Shown here one piece after another: positions 50,741 to 62,914 of a stretch of DNA of 64,000 bases. The stretch covers positions 43,214,001-43,278,000 of the forward strand of contig NC_043000.1 of NCBI RefSeq assembly GCF_006345805.1, read 5' to 3'. This DNA is from Octopus sinensis (Eukaryota). A program made the translations under genes and the position numbers. Every line of letters begins with the position of its first letter. The first letter of the stretch is position 1. A model generated the notes under the pieces. It saw only the letters and a program-made list of their open reading frames with translations, ran no database searches and was not told the DNA's origin.

Positions 50741-51017
50741 ATCATTTATTAAATAAGCCACATAAATTTATAGAATTCTTGTACACAGTTCATTTTATCT
50801 GTACAGAAAACGTTTATATTCTAACAAAAAAATATATAAACATAGATAAGTAAGCCAACAAGAAAATATTAACAGAATTACTACTTCTAAGAAGAGAAAA
50901 AGCGGCATACATGAATGTATGCATTCATGTTTGTATAAATGTTTGAATAACATTTCTCTCTCCTCTATTTACATACATAAAAATAGAAAGCTAGAGATAA
51001 ATACATAAACATATGCG

Positions 51018-51057
<40 letters not shown>

Positions 51058-52673
51058 GCATATCTATCTATCTATCGATCTATCTATCTATCTAGCTAGC
51101 TATCTAGCTATATATATCTACTACATACTTCTTACCTATCTATCGTTTCTCATTAGTATCTTATTTCACCTTTCAACATTTGTTCAACTTTGGATCTGTT
51201 AGCATTCATACTTAATTCCCTTCAATATGGAGTACTGCATAACAAGTCTTTCCCCCTCTTCTCTCCATGCTGTTACTCGATGTAACTGCATTTAATTGGG
51301 TCCTCCCAACTTTCTGGTCAAAAAGTACACAACAAATATCATTGATAAGAAACATTCTTCCACTGTGTAATCTATATCTCTCCGATGAAGAATACCAAAC
51401 TTACAGAGTCTTCACCCCATACGATGCCCCAATAGGTCGGATAACCAAGAAACAGCTGTCAGAGACTATCTTTACTACTTTGCACTATTGTTACAATTCT
51501 TTATGTAGCTAGATTTGGATTGAATTAAATGAAATTAAATGTCCACGTCCTGCTTTGCCTGATTGCTTGCTTTTCCCCACCACATTTTCTATATATATAT
51601 ATATATGTAATCAATTCGAGAAAGTTAGATTCACATTAGGGATTATAATATAAAAGAGTCCACTGGTTAATCACTATAATATAATACGAAATTCGCTGCG
51701 ATATGTTAGGGATTATTGTAGTAACTCATATTATTAATATTGAAAGAAAGAAAATGGAGCAAAATGGATGTATGAATAATTTATTTGTATGTTATAAAAA
51801 TGTTGAAAATTTTTAAAAACATAACAGTACAAATAAATTATGAGTTGTAAAGCCGAAAAAAGTAAAAACAAAAATACGCTTATGTTTCAGTTCTAGCCGC
51901 TAGTTGATATGCAATTCTAAGCATTTGGTTATATTCTAACGTCTTCGTGTTATTATGAGCTTATAGAACTAAGGTTAACGTTTCACTTTGAAGGATACAT
52001 ACAGAATATTCATTAGTTAAAAAAGTTATATACTATATATAAAATAAGTGTATCTAGGTGGTGCGTAATCGTGAGTAATCGTGAATATGTCATATAGTAG
52101 AAAATAGATAATAAAAATAAAAATAAAAATAAAGAAATAAAAGCTGATAAAAATAACCTTAGATAGATAATGAGTGTAACGAATGTATATAAGAACGATG
52201 AAAATCAAATCAATAATAAATAAAACTTAAAGAAAAGTATATATATAGTAAAAATTTAAATAAAAAGAAAATATATATAGTATGAACATTTAATTAAATA
52301 ATAACTTAAATAAAAAGAAAGATGATAACACCTAATATGCAAGGAAAATATATAATAAAACAAATGTAAGAGAGGTTAGATGATACATTTTTCATTCAGT
52401 GGTTATATATAAATATAAATAAATTAATTCTGTTGGTTTGGTAATAGATATACTTCAGGAAGGCTATAAATGAGTAGCGATCTCATCACTGTGTCGTATT
52501 CAAAGTCAAGCATAGATGAAATTTAAAAAATTGATCGTCATAATATGTATCTTGTAAGCCTTACTTATAAACCGTTATACATCAATATATAAAAATGCAT
52601 ATTCAATCTCATATGTTTACACGTAGCCACATGTATATCTATACTTAGCTCCTCAGACATATTTATTTGAATA

Positions 52674-52718
<45 letters not shown>

Positions 52719-52748
52719 ACATACATACATATATATGTATATATACAT

Positions 52749-52786
<38 letters not shown>

Positions 52787-53569
52787 CACAGAAAAAGTGT
52801 ATACATATAGACTCTATAATTATATGTTTTAATAAATAAATAAATACTATTAGAAAAATAAGTTGTTAGTGTTATGTGTTGAGGATTTTAATGACTAGAA
52901 AAGGAATGGTTGGACGAGGAAGTGGAAAGGAAAACATAAACCTATCTTGTAATAAAAAAGAAATAGTAGATTATAAGGGAGTATGTATTTGGGTATATGT
53001 TTTAATGTAGAATAATGTGTTTGTAATGATTAATTATTAGGTATATAAATATGCAAACTTGAGATTATTCGGTTGTAAGAAGGAATATCGTATTACGTAA
53101 TATGAAAGAAAACAGATTATATATATTTTTCATTATTGTCAATAAATTACAAAACTATATTAGAACTATTTAGTGGGTACAACGGGGTTGATATTTAAAT
53201 TCAAAAGTAGCCAAACGAATACGTATTATACGATAATTTACATTAGTGTGGAAAAGTAATAAAGAACTAACGGATATGCAATAAATTTATACGTAAGGGA
53301 ATGCTATATATATTACGAAATAAATACCATTGAAGAATTTAGTGCAATAAACAAACATATATGAATTATTATGCATATGTTAGAAATAAATATTATACAT
53401 ATGTATATTTAGGCAAGTTATATATTTATATAATGTAAAAAGTTATAGATACAAATTCTAGTTCTAATAAAAGTCTGATTCAGTTTCAAATTTAGTAAAT
53501 TATTAATAGCCAATATTAGACCAAAATTAAGTGATATTAATAATTACAGAATGATTAATGGTATTTACA

Positions 53570-53980
53570 AAATAGATATTTAAGAGTCGGTAAGCATGGA
53601 TAGAACTTTTCAACTCTCTCGTTTAATAAGGTTTTTACTAGGTAAAAGAGTATTATAGCATTCGGATGTACAGAGTTGACAATTTCTATCCGGTGGTAAG
53701 GTTTTGCAGAACATATCTTCCATCTAGTTTCAAAACTTATATTACCGTCCTTTAATTTCTAGATTAATTTACTAAGACTAGGCGAAGAACGTTTAGCAGA
53801 TTTTCTAAAAGAACATTCACGGTTCACCAGGCGAGCCTTAATAAAAGATTGAGATGCTCCTATATAGCAAAAGTTTTTACCACCAGTTTCAACTATAGCT
53901 TGGTCTACTAAATTCTTTCGTTTGCAATCATTTTAAAATTTACATTGCTCTTTAACTCTATAATCACAAACTCTACTCAT
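53570..53980 (-). pseudogene. Degenerate GIY-YIG endonuclease of a Penelope-like element
   Basis: Minus translation CDYRVKEQC..CKRKNLVDQAIVETGGKNFCYIGASQSFIKARLVNRECSF..SLSKLI*KLKD..RWKIC..CQLCTSE matches the PLE pattern CxC..C..VVYxA..YIG..KxRxxNHxxSF..LSKxIWxLK..W..CxLC. Confidence 0.78.
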
Positions 53981-54007
53981 ATTATCACTAGATATAATAT
54001 ATATATA

Positions 54008-54632
54008 TTTGGCATATTTGGCTTTAGAAATTTTTTCGTTTGCCCTTATTTATAAGTTGTTTATAATTTTAACCTTTAAAGGTATTTTTAAATATGCTGG
54101 CCATTGATAATTTTTTTTTTCGAAACAATTTTTATCCTACATTAAATATAGATTTAAGAGTTCACTTCCGGACTCTCTCACTGTGTGAGAGCCTCAGTTC
54201 AGATCGCACGTGTCTTAAATGGGCTGGAGTATTTCTATTTTGGGTGTATTTGAGGTACTTAATTGTGCTCATGACTTAGTGTTTTGCTTCTTCCATGGGT
54301 ATGAGTAAGTACATCATTTATTTCTTTGCTACATTTATCACTGACGAAGGGAGGGTTCTCACGAACTAACCCTGAAATCGGTCCGATATGGTAATAATGG
54401 AATTTTTTAGAAATTTCTGTCGGCTTTTTTTCGAGTAGCGTGCGTATTGTGATAAATTATATGGTACTGGACAATATGTCCAATTTTCGGCATATTTGGC
54501 ATTAGAAATGTTTTCGTTTGCCCTTATTTATAAGTTGTTTATAATTTTAACCTTTAAAGGTATTTTTTAATATGCTGGCCATTGATAATTTTTTTTTTCT
54601 TCGAAAAATATTTTATCCTACATTAAATATAT
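54008..54632 (+). repeat. ~145-bp direct repeat (54008-54150, 54488-54632) flanking a hammerhead motif; probable PLE pLTR
   Basis: GGCATATTTGGC..TTTCGTTTGCCCTTATTTATAAGTTG..TTTTATCCTACATTAAATATA occurs twice. Confidence 0.85.
54335..54390 (+). ncRNA. Type I hammerhead ribozyme motif (HHR-D)
   Basis: TTATCA-CTGACGA-AGGG AG GGTTC TCAC GAACT AA CCCT-GAAA-TCG-GTC-CGATAT: intact core, extended stem II, GUC triplet; stem I has a mismatch next to the core. Confidence 0.65.
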
Positions 54633-54659
54633 ATATATATTTATATATATATAACATAT

Positions 54660-54747
<88 letters not shown>

Positions 54748-54790
54748 TATTGTATATATAATAAGTGTAGATCGTATACGAGTGGGTATG

Positions 54791-56429
54791 TATTTATAGA
54801 AGAGAAGTTTGAAAACGCCACTATATATGATAAATTTTAATTTTCTTAAAAATTTTACATGTTTCGGTTCATCTTGAAAAAAAAACCATATCAAAAATAT
54901 TTAAAAAAGTTAAGTGTAATAAAAAATTTCATAATTGTTTCTTACTGGTCTCAACCGAATCCATGTGGTGGTGTTTTGTCGGTAGTAATATCAGGCACAA
55001 ACACCCGACATACACGTCTCCAGGAAATTAGAACTACACTTATAAAAAGAAATTTTCCACAGCCCCTAATAGACAGTGCAATCCAACGAGCACTTAAATT
55101 AAGTATAGAAGACCTGAGACAAACAAAACCAAGAAAGAAAGAAAAATTAAAAACCCTTCCCTACATCTCTACACACAACCCACTTAACAATGAGGCCTTC
55201 AACACCATACTACAAATCACAGCCCAACTAAAGGGAGACCCAAAGATAAACCGGATCCTCGAAACACACACCATCATTAAAAGTAAACGGCAACCAACAT
55301 CCTTAAAAAAGATTTTAACCCAAGCTAAACTGCACTCAACAATAACCACAAAACCAGCAGTTAGAAAATGTGGAAAGCCCAACTGCGGAATCTGTGTCAA
55401 CTTGGTAGAAGGTTCAGAATTTACATTAGAACAAGGCCATCAGTTTGCCATCAGAACAAACTTCACCTGTTCATCAGAAAACTTAACTTACGTCTTAACA
55501 TGCGCAGGTTGTAATAGGCAGTATATAAGCCATACAAAGAACAGCTTACGAAAAAGGATCGTAGTGCATAAATACCAAATTAGAAATCCTGAATACAGGA
55601 AAATACCAGTCAGTGGACACATAGATAGATGTGCTTCAAATAAAAATCCGAAATTCACAACTTGCCCTCTTTACAAATTCAGTGATAGCGTAACCTTCAC
55701 GCAACGCCAAAATAAAGAACTTTATTTCATTAGAAAATTCGGACCAAGTTTGAACACCCTTGGTCTTCCGAAAAGAAAAATGGAATTCTACCTCAACCAC
55801 CACGATCACTACGACAGCTACCACTATCACTACTACTACAACTACCACTATCACTACTGTTACAACTACGATCAGCAGTCCTCCACTACTGCTGCTTCTG
55901 CTGCTACTGCCACAGCTAAGCTGCTGCAACCCCACCCACCACCACGGTTACTACTACTACGACCAACAGTCACTGCTACTACTGCCATTTCAGCCACTGG
56001 TCATTCTGCTACTGCTGCTACAGCCACAGCTAAGCTGCTACAACCAATGAGCTGCTGCAACCCCAACCACCACCACCACGGTTACTACTACTGCGACCAA
56101 CAGTCACTGCCATTTCAGCCGCGGGTCATTCGAACACAAGACAGCTAAAAACAACCACGTGGATCCTGTCTAGACCAGTAAGAAACAATTATGAACTTTT
56201 TTTTATTACACTCAACTTGAAACTTACAGCTATTATACTTACTACCGACAAAACACCGCCACATGGATTCTGTTGAGACCAGTAAGAAACAATTATGAAC
56301 TTTTTTATTACACTTAACTTTTTAAAATATTTTTGATAACGTTCGTTTTTTCAAGAAAAACCGAAACATGTAAAATTTATAAGAAAATTAAAATCTATCT
56401 TATATAGTGGCCTTTTCAAACTTCTTTTT

Positions 56430-56437
<8 letters not shown>
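54791..56437 (+). mobile_element. 5'-truncated Penelope-like element with ~198-bp inverted terminal repeats and a partial direct repeat
   Basis: 54791-54988 is the reverse complement of 56239-56437; an extra partial copy lies at ~56147-56222. Confidence 0.85.
54995..55775 (+). CDS. PLE RT thumb/linker and GIY-YIG endonuclease (part of ORF 54859-56148; N-terminal part read through the inverted repeat and C-terminal low-complexity part are probably not genuine)
   Basis: LIKRNFPQPLI, LPYISTHNP, CGKPNCGIC, FTCSSENLTYVLTCAGCNRQYISHT..LRKRIVVH..HIDRC..KELYFI..PSLN. Confidence 0.88.
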
Positions 56438-56472
<35 letters not shown>

Positions 56473-57189
56473 ATCAATACTTGATTGATTATCGTCTGAA
56501 AACTTCACGTCTTCCCTCTGTTTTTACACATATACATGTACATATATATGTCGAACTAGCTTTGTTCGCCTACGCACATATTTATCTATGTGTATAAGGG
56601 TTCGTGTACGTTTTATTCTCGAATAATTCATGCCGTTTTTTTTTTAATTCGCGCAGAAATTAAACGCATTAGCAAAATATTTCGTGTTATTTGAAAGAGA
56701 TGTCGGCTTAACACCTCGATTAACTGCAAAAAGCAAATGGTGTCGGATATGCTCAGTTTTTCCACTTGACATTCGATTTTAATTATCTGAAAATACAAAA
56801 GAATCAATATTAAAAAAGAACATTATCTTGTAGGGCAAAAAATTCTCTTTCAAATAACATAAAACATTTTCCTAATGCCTTTTACTTCTGAGTGCATTTT
56901 AAAATTTAAGATAAAAAATGCTTATGAATTATTCCTCAACCCAATACTTGCAAGTACAAATATGTGTCCATTCTATACAAGAAACCGAAACGGGAGTCGA
57001 TCACTGTTCGGAGAATTAGTGAAAAGTTAATATAACTCTTGAATTATAAATTGATGTAAACAAACTTTATTCTTCCCAACAAGTCAAGCAAGATTGTCAG
57101 AAATTGTATTATAGCAACAAAACATCTATCAAACAGAGTGTTAAGTTTATAATCATATGACAAAACTTAATACTGTCAATTAGGTCAGG

Positions 57190-57350
57190 TCTTCCTTTTC
57201 TATTGGACTTTCCTCTGTCTCCTGTTTCTGAAGAAGAGCTTTGCTCGAAACGTAAAACCACCTTTCTTTCCTTCCCTGAGCGTGTGCTAATACTTTACAT
57301 GTACCATGTACTCGCGTTGTTGTTTTATCTATCTTCGTCTATTATTGAAT
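57190..57350 (+). mobile_element. Hammerhead-bearing short repeat, copy C
   Basis: Same family as 30742 and 49185; ends in a (TA)n tract. Confidence 0.75.
57224..57258 (+). ncRNA. Minimal type I hammerhead ribozyme motif (HHR-C), all core nucleotides intact
   Basis: GTTT-CTGAAGA-A-GAGC TTT GCTC-GAAAC-GTA-AAAC: 4-bp stem I, 4-bp stem II, loopless palindromic stem III (ACGT), GUA triplet. Confidence 0.7.
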
Positions 57351-57426
57351 TTATATATATATATATATATATATGTTTGTTTATATATATAGCTGTATAT
57401 ATATGTGTGTTATGTATGTATCTATG

Positions 57427-57468
<42 letters not shown>

Positions 57469-58061
57469 TATATTTATGTGCATTTATATATATGCATATA
57501 CATATACATACGTGCACACACATACACACTCAAACACACACGCACACACATATATGTAGTTATGTACATATATGTGTTAGTACCTCTGTGTTGAATTGAA
57601 ACTCGATGTAGCTTTTAGCACACAAATCACATAACGTTACGGTATTATTTTGAGTAAGTAACCTTAATAGAGGTATCTGGTTTCGTTCACCTGGGAGTAA
57701 CACGTCAACTAAGAATCAATTAATACATTCTGTAGCAGTTTTATTTTATATAAATGAGATTGCATCTAAAGTACTGAGAACCTCTATAATCGTAGAAAAT
57801 AAAAATTATCGAAATATTTGATCAATAATGTTTTCAAAAGTTTAACTGGGTAAGATTTTCAGTAAGGAACACAAATAAACAAGAATAAGCACTTAAGAAA
57901 CCATCAAATGAAATATAATATATTGTGTTTCTCAACGTATTCTACTCGTATATTACTGGAATATACATATAGACAAAACCGCCTTCTAAATGTCGCTTTA
58001 GGAATTCAGACATATCTCTAAAGCAATATATTCAACATACGTGCTCATTGACATATCGCTT

Positions 58062-58130
<69 letters not shown>

Positions 58131-58219
58131 GCATAAAATTCACACACACACACCTACATACACATATTTGTGTATACCTTTGTAAATACTATAATAATAA
58201 TGGTAATACTAATTATGCT

Positions 58220-58262
58220 GCTGCTACTGATGATGATGATGATGATGATAATAAAATAATAA

Positions 58263-58299
<37 letters not shown>

Positions 58300-58330
58300 G
58301 TAATAGTAATAATAATAATAATTATAATAT
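58220..58330. repeat. (GAT)n-(TAA)n tract
   Basis: Direct reading. Confidence 0.95.
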
Positions 58331-59285
58331 CACATTGATAAAAGCACTAACGCGCCACGGTGTAGGATGTGCTCTGAAAAAGGAGAAAGTTAAATTGATA
58401 TTGTGTTCTGTAAGCTCGCACAACGCGAATATAAAAGGAAACACGACAATGTGACCAGATATGTCCACTGGCTGTTGTGCGGTAAAGCAAAACTCGAGAG
58501 AGCCGCACAGTGGTATGAACACAAACCAGAAAGAGCGATGGGGTGAAGGCGGCTAGCTGGCAGAGTCGTTAGCACGCCGGTCGAAATGCTTTCTGGTAAT
58601 TCGTCCGCCGCTGCTTTCTGAGTTCAAATTCCGCCGAGGTCGACTTTGCCTTTCATTCTTTCGGGGTTGATTAAATAAGTACCACTGATTAAATAAGTAC
58701 GCACTGGGGTCGATATAATCGACTTAATCCGTTTGTCTGTCCTTGTTTGTCCCCTCTGTGTGTAGACCTTTGTGGGCAATAAAGAAATAAGAAAGAGTAA
58801 TGGAAAAACAACATTACAAAATACTCTGGGATTTTAACATGCAATGCTACCATGTCATAGATGCGAGACCACCATATATTCTGCTCATCCATGAAGATGA
58901 AGAAGAAGTAAAGATAAAAGTGTTGCAATACCAGGCGATTCGAGGGTGAAATGTAAGGAAACAGAAACGATTGAGAAATACCAGCCAATTCGGGACAAGA
59001 TAGGACAGTTATGGGGTATGAGGAAAGTAATGGTGATACCATTGGTAATTGGAGCATTAGGAGAAGTTTCCGAGGACTATCCAAAACATACTGAAAATAT
59101 TGGACTTGCTGTCAGGCTCGAGTTGCTTCAGAAGACAGCATTGCTGTGTACAGATTGCATTCTAAGGAAAGTATTGTTTATTTGAATCACAGGAAATGGT
59201 CCTACTTGAAACCTTTGGTGATTTGTTGTTGCCTGCTTTCAATTAAAGAATAACCGATAATTAAGAATTATCCTAGAGTCTTTCA
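58331..59285 (+). mobile_element. Degenerate 5'-truncated Dong/R4-clade LINE (CCHC and RLE), interrupted by SINE2, flanked by (TAA)n
   Basis: CRMCSEKGE..YKRKHDNV..WYEHKPE / ILWDFNMQ..VAIPGD..IEKYQ..VIPLVIGALG..LQKTALL. Confidence 0.85.
58542..58789 (+). mobile_element. SINE2 with Tx1-type tail and 14-bp TSD
   Basis: TSD AGAAAGAG(CG/TA)ATGG at 58528-58541 and 58790-58803; head GAAGGCGGCTAGCTGGCAGAGTCGTTAGCACGCCGG; tail TTTGTCTGTCCTTGTTTGTCCCCTCTGTGTGTAGACCTTTGTGGGCAATAAAGAAATA. Confidence 0.9.
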
Positions 59286-59400
59286 TAATAATAATAATAA
59301 TAATAACAATATTAATAATAATAATAATAATAACAATATTAATAATAATAATAATAATAACAATATTAATAATAATAATAATGATAATAATAATAATCAT
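59286..59400. repeat. (TAA)n tract with a duplicated AACAATATT variant unit
   Basis: Direct reading. Confidence 0.9.
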
Positions 59401-61500
59401 AACGGATGCAAAGATCAACTGCTAATTAATCGTATGATCCATCAGAACTGTCACAACAAGCGCAGAAATCTCAGCTCCGCACGGATTGACTATAAAAAGG
59501 CCTTCGACAGTATACCGCATTCATGGATCTTGAAATCGCTGGACATCTTCAAAATTTCCCCTGTGATTTCAAGCTTCCTGAAGCATAATATGTCGTTGTG
59601 GAATACGAATCTCCAATTATACCACTCTAATGGAGTACTTGGCTCAGAGAATATAAACATCAACTGTGGAATTTTTCAAGGTGACTCACTTTCACCTTTA
59701 ATATTCTGCATAGCCCTAATACCCCTTACAAGTGAATTAAACAGAACAGGGTATGGGTATAAAATTGTCAATAAAAAAATAAGCCATCTATTTTATATGG
59801 ATGACTTAAAACTTTATGGTAAAGACGATAATGAACTTGAAGGCTTATTGCGCACTGTGAAAGCATTCAGCGATGACATCGGGATGGAGTTTGGGCTTGA
59901 GAAGTGTGCTAAGGCCACTTTCCAGAAAGGGAAAGTGAAGACCACAAATTCAGTCGTGTTAGATGTTGACACAGTCATAAGAGAGCTAGAGCAAGAAAAA
60001 CATACAAATATTTAGGGGTAAATGAAGGCTCTGGTATTCAGCATGCAAGCATGAAAGAGAAGATCAGGAAGGAATGTTATAGGAGAGTTCGAGCAGTCCT
60101 GAAATCTGAACTAAATTCACGTAACAAGGTGTTAGCTATAAATTCCTTAGCGGTTCCAGTTGTTACTTATAGCTACAATGTGTTGAACTGGAATATGAGT
60201 GAAGTAAAGAATATAAATAGGAAAATACGCAAGCTGCTGAGTTGTAATAGGATGCCCCACCCAAAGGCAGACGTAGATCACCTTTACCTCCCCAGAGCCC
60301 AAGGAGGTCGAGGCCTGATCCAATTTGAACTAGCTTACAAAACAACCACAATTGGACTGGCCAAATATCTTGAAATAACGAATGACTGGATGCTAAAGCT
60401 CGCGGAAAATCACGAGAGACGAAAGAAGCTTCATTCTATCATAAAGGATACCCAAACTGAACAACCCGAGGGAAGTACGGCAAATATTGTTGCAAAGAAG
60501 GTAAAAATAATGGCAACGAAAAAAGCGCACAAGTAATTGGCTGATAGGTGGGAGGAGAAACCTCTGCACGGCAAATATGTGGCCCGTAGCAAACAAGCTG
60601 TTGTTGACAAGAAGCAAAACCATCAGTGGCAACGGAGCTGAGGGCTAAAAGCAGAGAGCGAAGGTTTCATCCTGGCTGCTCAAGATCAAAGCCTATTAAC
60701 CCGGAACTACCAGGCCAATGTGATGAAAAATGGAGCAGACCCAAAATGCCGATTCTGCAACGACATGATTAAAACAGTGGACCACCTAATCTCTGGATGT
60801 AAAGTCTTAGCACCAGTGGAGTATAAATTAAGACATGACAGAGTTGGCCAATATCTCCACTGGCTAATAAGTCGGCATTACAATATCAAAACTGCCGACA
60901 AGTGGTATAATCACCACCCTGAGGCTGTAACTGAAAGAGAAAATGTAAGGATTCTGTGGGACTTTCCAGTACATACAGACCGAACCATCAAAGCCAATAA
61001 ACCGGATATTGTTGTGAATGACCAAAACAATAACGTTTGCTTATTGATCGACATGAGCATCCCCCGAGATCATAATATCTCGGCGAAAGAATTTGACAAG
61101 CTCAGAAAATATAAAGACCTGCTAATTGAAATTGAGAAAATGTGGCATCTCAAGGCGGTTACAATACCAGTGATCGTAGGAGCACTAGGAATGATCGAGA
61201 AGGGAACCGAAAATTATATGAGAATGATCCCTGGCTTACCATCCCTGCAAAAAGTGCAAAAGATTGTCTTAACTGGTACATCACACGTATTAAGAAGAGC
61301 ATTGTCGATGTGTGAACTATTACTACCCATGTATTTTAATTTAACTTTATTTCTATAACAAAAAGAACGAACTAGTGAGTTTAGTTTAATGGCCTACCAA
61401 TGTATACTATGAGTTTCTTTGCCCTAGGAGTCGGGAAGACACTCGGTAAGAAATAGAAGCAAATTTGAAAGAAGAAGAAAAACCCATAAATGATAATAAA
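59401..61500 (+). mobile_element. 5'-truncated Dong/R4-clade LINE (RT, CCHC, RLE), frameshifted
   Basis: GCKDQLLIN..IDYKKAFDSIPHSWI, IFQGDSLSPL, SHLFYMDDLKLY, FGLEKC, GGRGL, CRFCNDMIKTVDHLISGC, KPDIV..IDMSIP..KLRKY. Confidence 0.92.
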
Positions 61501-61689
61501 ATGAGATAGCGAACTTAGAAACTATGAGAAACACAAATGTATCAATCATCTTTTACGTGAGTATATTAGGCTAGCGCAGAAAGAGTGAAAGTGCAAGCAT
61601 GACATTGTAGGTAAAAGACTGCATTGCGGTGTTGGCTGAGTGGGTTCAAAATAAGAGGAAAGCAATGTAAACACGAAGCAGAGGCTGTG

Positions 61690-62070
61690 ACAGAGAATGA
61701 GAATTACATTACAATAACTTATGGAACTTCCCCATAAAGACTGGGCATACTATTAAAGCAAGAAGGCAGATATGATTATAGGGGACAAAATATAGAGTGT
61801 ATTGTATGCAACTCTCTATGATACCAGAGTTGATAGCAAAGAAATTGAAAGAATTAAGAAATTATTGTATCATGGGTAGAGCTGAAATGACTGTAGAAAG
61901 TAAGACAACAAATATTTCTATGGTAATTGTTGAAATTGTGATATTACCCAGAATTCTACCTAAAAGACTGAAAGATATTGAAACTGAAAATCGTATTGTC
62001 GACCTGCAAAATGTACCATCCTGGATTCTGCAAGAATCCGAAGAAATTTGCCTAAAATTTGAGGAGACGT
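61690..62070 (+). pseudogene. Third, older RLE-domain relic (Dong/R4-like)
   Basis: LWNFPIKTGHTIKARR..YDTRVDSKEIERI..LPKRLKDIETENRIVDLQ..ILDSARI. Confidence 0.6.
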
Positions 62071-62623
62071 TTCATAAATATACCGCCGAATTTTCGTTCG
62101 GGTCGATTTAAGATGGACAAGAAATATGAATGGTTAATCAGGTATCCGTTACTTGAAGTGTTTTGTTAGGATATAATATACAAAAAGCATATGTAATATC
62201 TAATATTTTAATGAATATATCGATATAGTCTATGACAGAAGAAGTGATAAGTTTACTTTAAAGCGAGAGGGTGTGTGAGTTTATTTTGGGTGGGTTTTAA
62301 TGTAAATGTGTAGAAGAGACCGGGGTTAGTTGACTACATTTTTTACATTTTCACTGACAGAGCAATACTATTTAATGTGTTCTACTGCATCTTGTATTAC
62401 ACGCATAAATCAACCATAGCAGAAGACTTACAAAGCTAGAGATCTCATCTGCTTATTGTCTGGATATATATTTTGTGTATTTTCTGAGACCACTTAAATG
62501 TGAGACCACATATAATGGGGCATGTTGACACATGAATGCATTTTCTTGGAACGTACATGTTAGTGGACAGAAACACATGATATAAGCTTGTTGGTTTGAT
62601 CAAAGGCCATTATTACAGTTTCA

Positions 62624-62900
62624 TTACATATCAGATTCACAGTTTGGGCATGTGAATATTGTCAGACCTGGTGTGCATGCTTCGTGAACCCAACCTTTAC
62701 AATCAGAACCCTGAAGCCACACTTTCCTTCCTTTGCTGTTGGAAAAAGGCTCGCAGCAGACTAAGCAATAGCACTCTTCCTCATCAGAGGTATCACTTTC
62801 TTGAATTTTAACTTTTTTCTTAATAGTTGGACCTTTTCCCTTCGTTGACCTGCCCTTACTGAGTCCCTTTCCTGTCGTTCCTTTATCAATGTTTGTCTGA
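62624..62900 (-). pseudogene. PHD-like Cys-rich C-terminus of the pogo-like transposase
   Basis: Minus translation ..DEEECYCLVCCEPFSNSKGRKVWLQGSDCKGWVHEACTPGLTIFTCPNCESDM*. Confidence 0.8.
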
Positions 62901-62914
62901 ACAATGGACCATCA

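Noticed and set aside
51170-51520. Very degenerate RTE C-terminal relic on the minus strand
   Set aside because: Only a faint RL..G...R.D....V..C resemblance among many stops; too weak to call.
51630-51715. Two TTAGGG hexamers as an interstitial telomeric repeat
   Set aside because: Isolated, not tandem; expected by chance.
52840-53560. Possible plus-strand PLE RT relic next to the GIY-YIG relic
   Set aside because: No frame gave recognisable motifs.
56255-56300. CTGTTGAGACCAGTAAGAAAC as a hammerhead in the PLE terminal repeat
   Set aside because: Core altered (CTGTTGA), no stem II partner and no valid stem III or triplet in any of the three copies.
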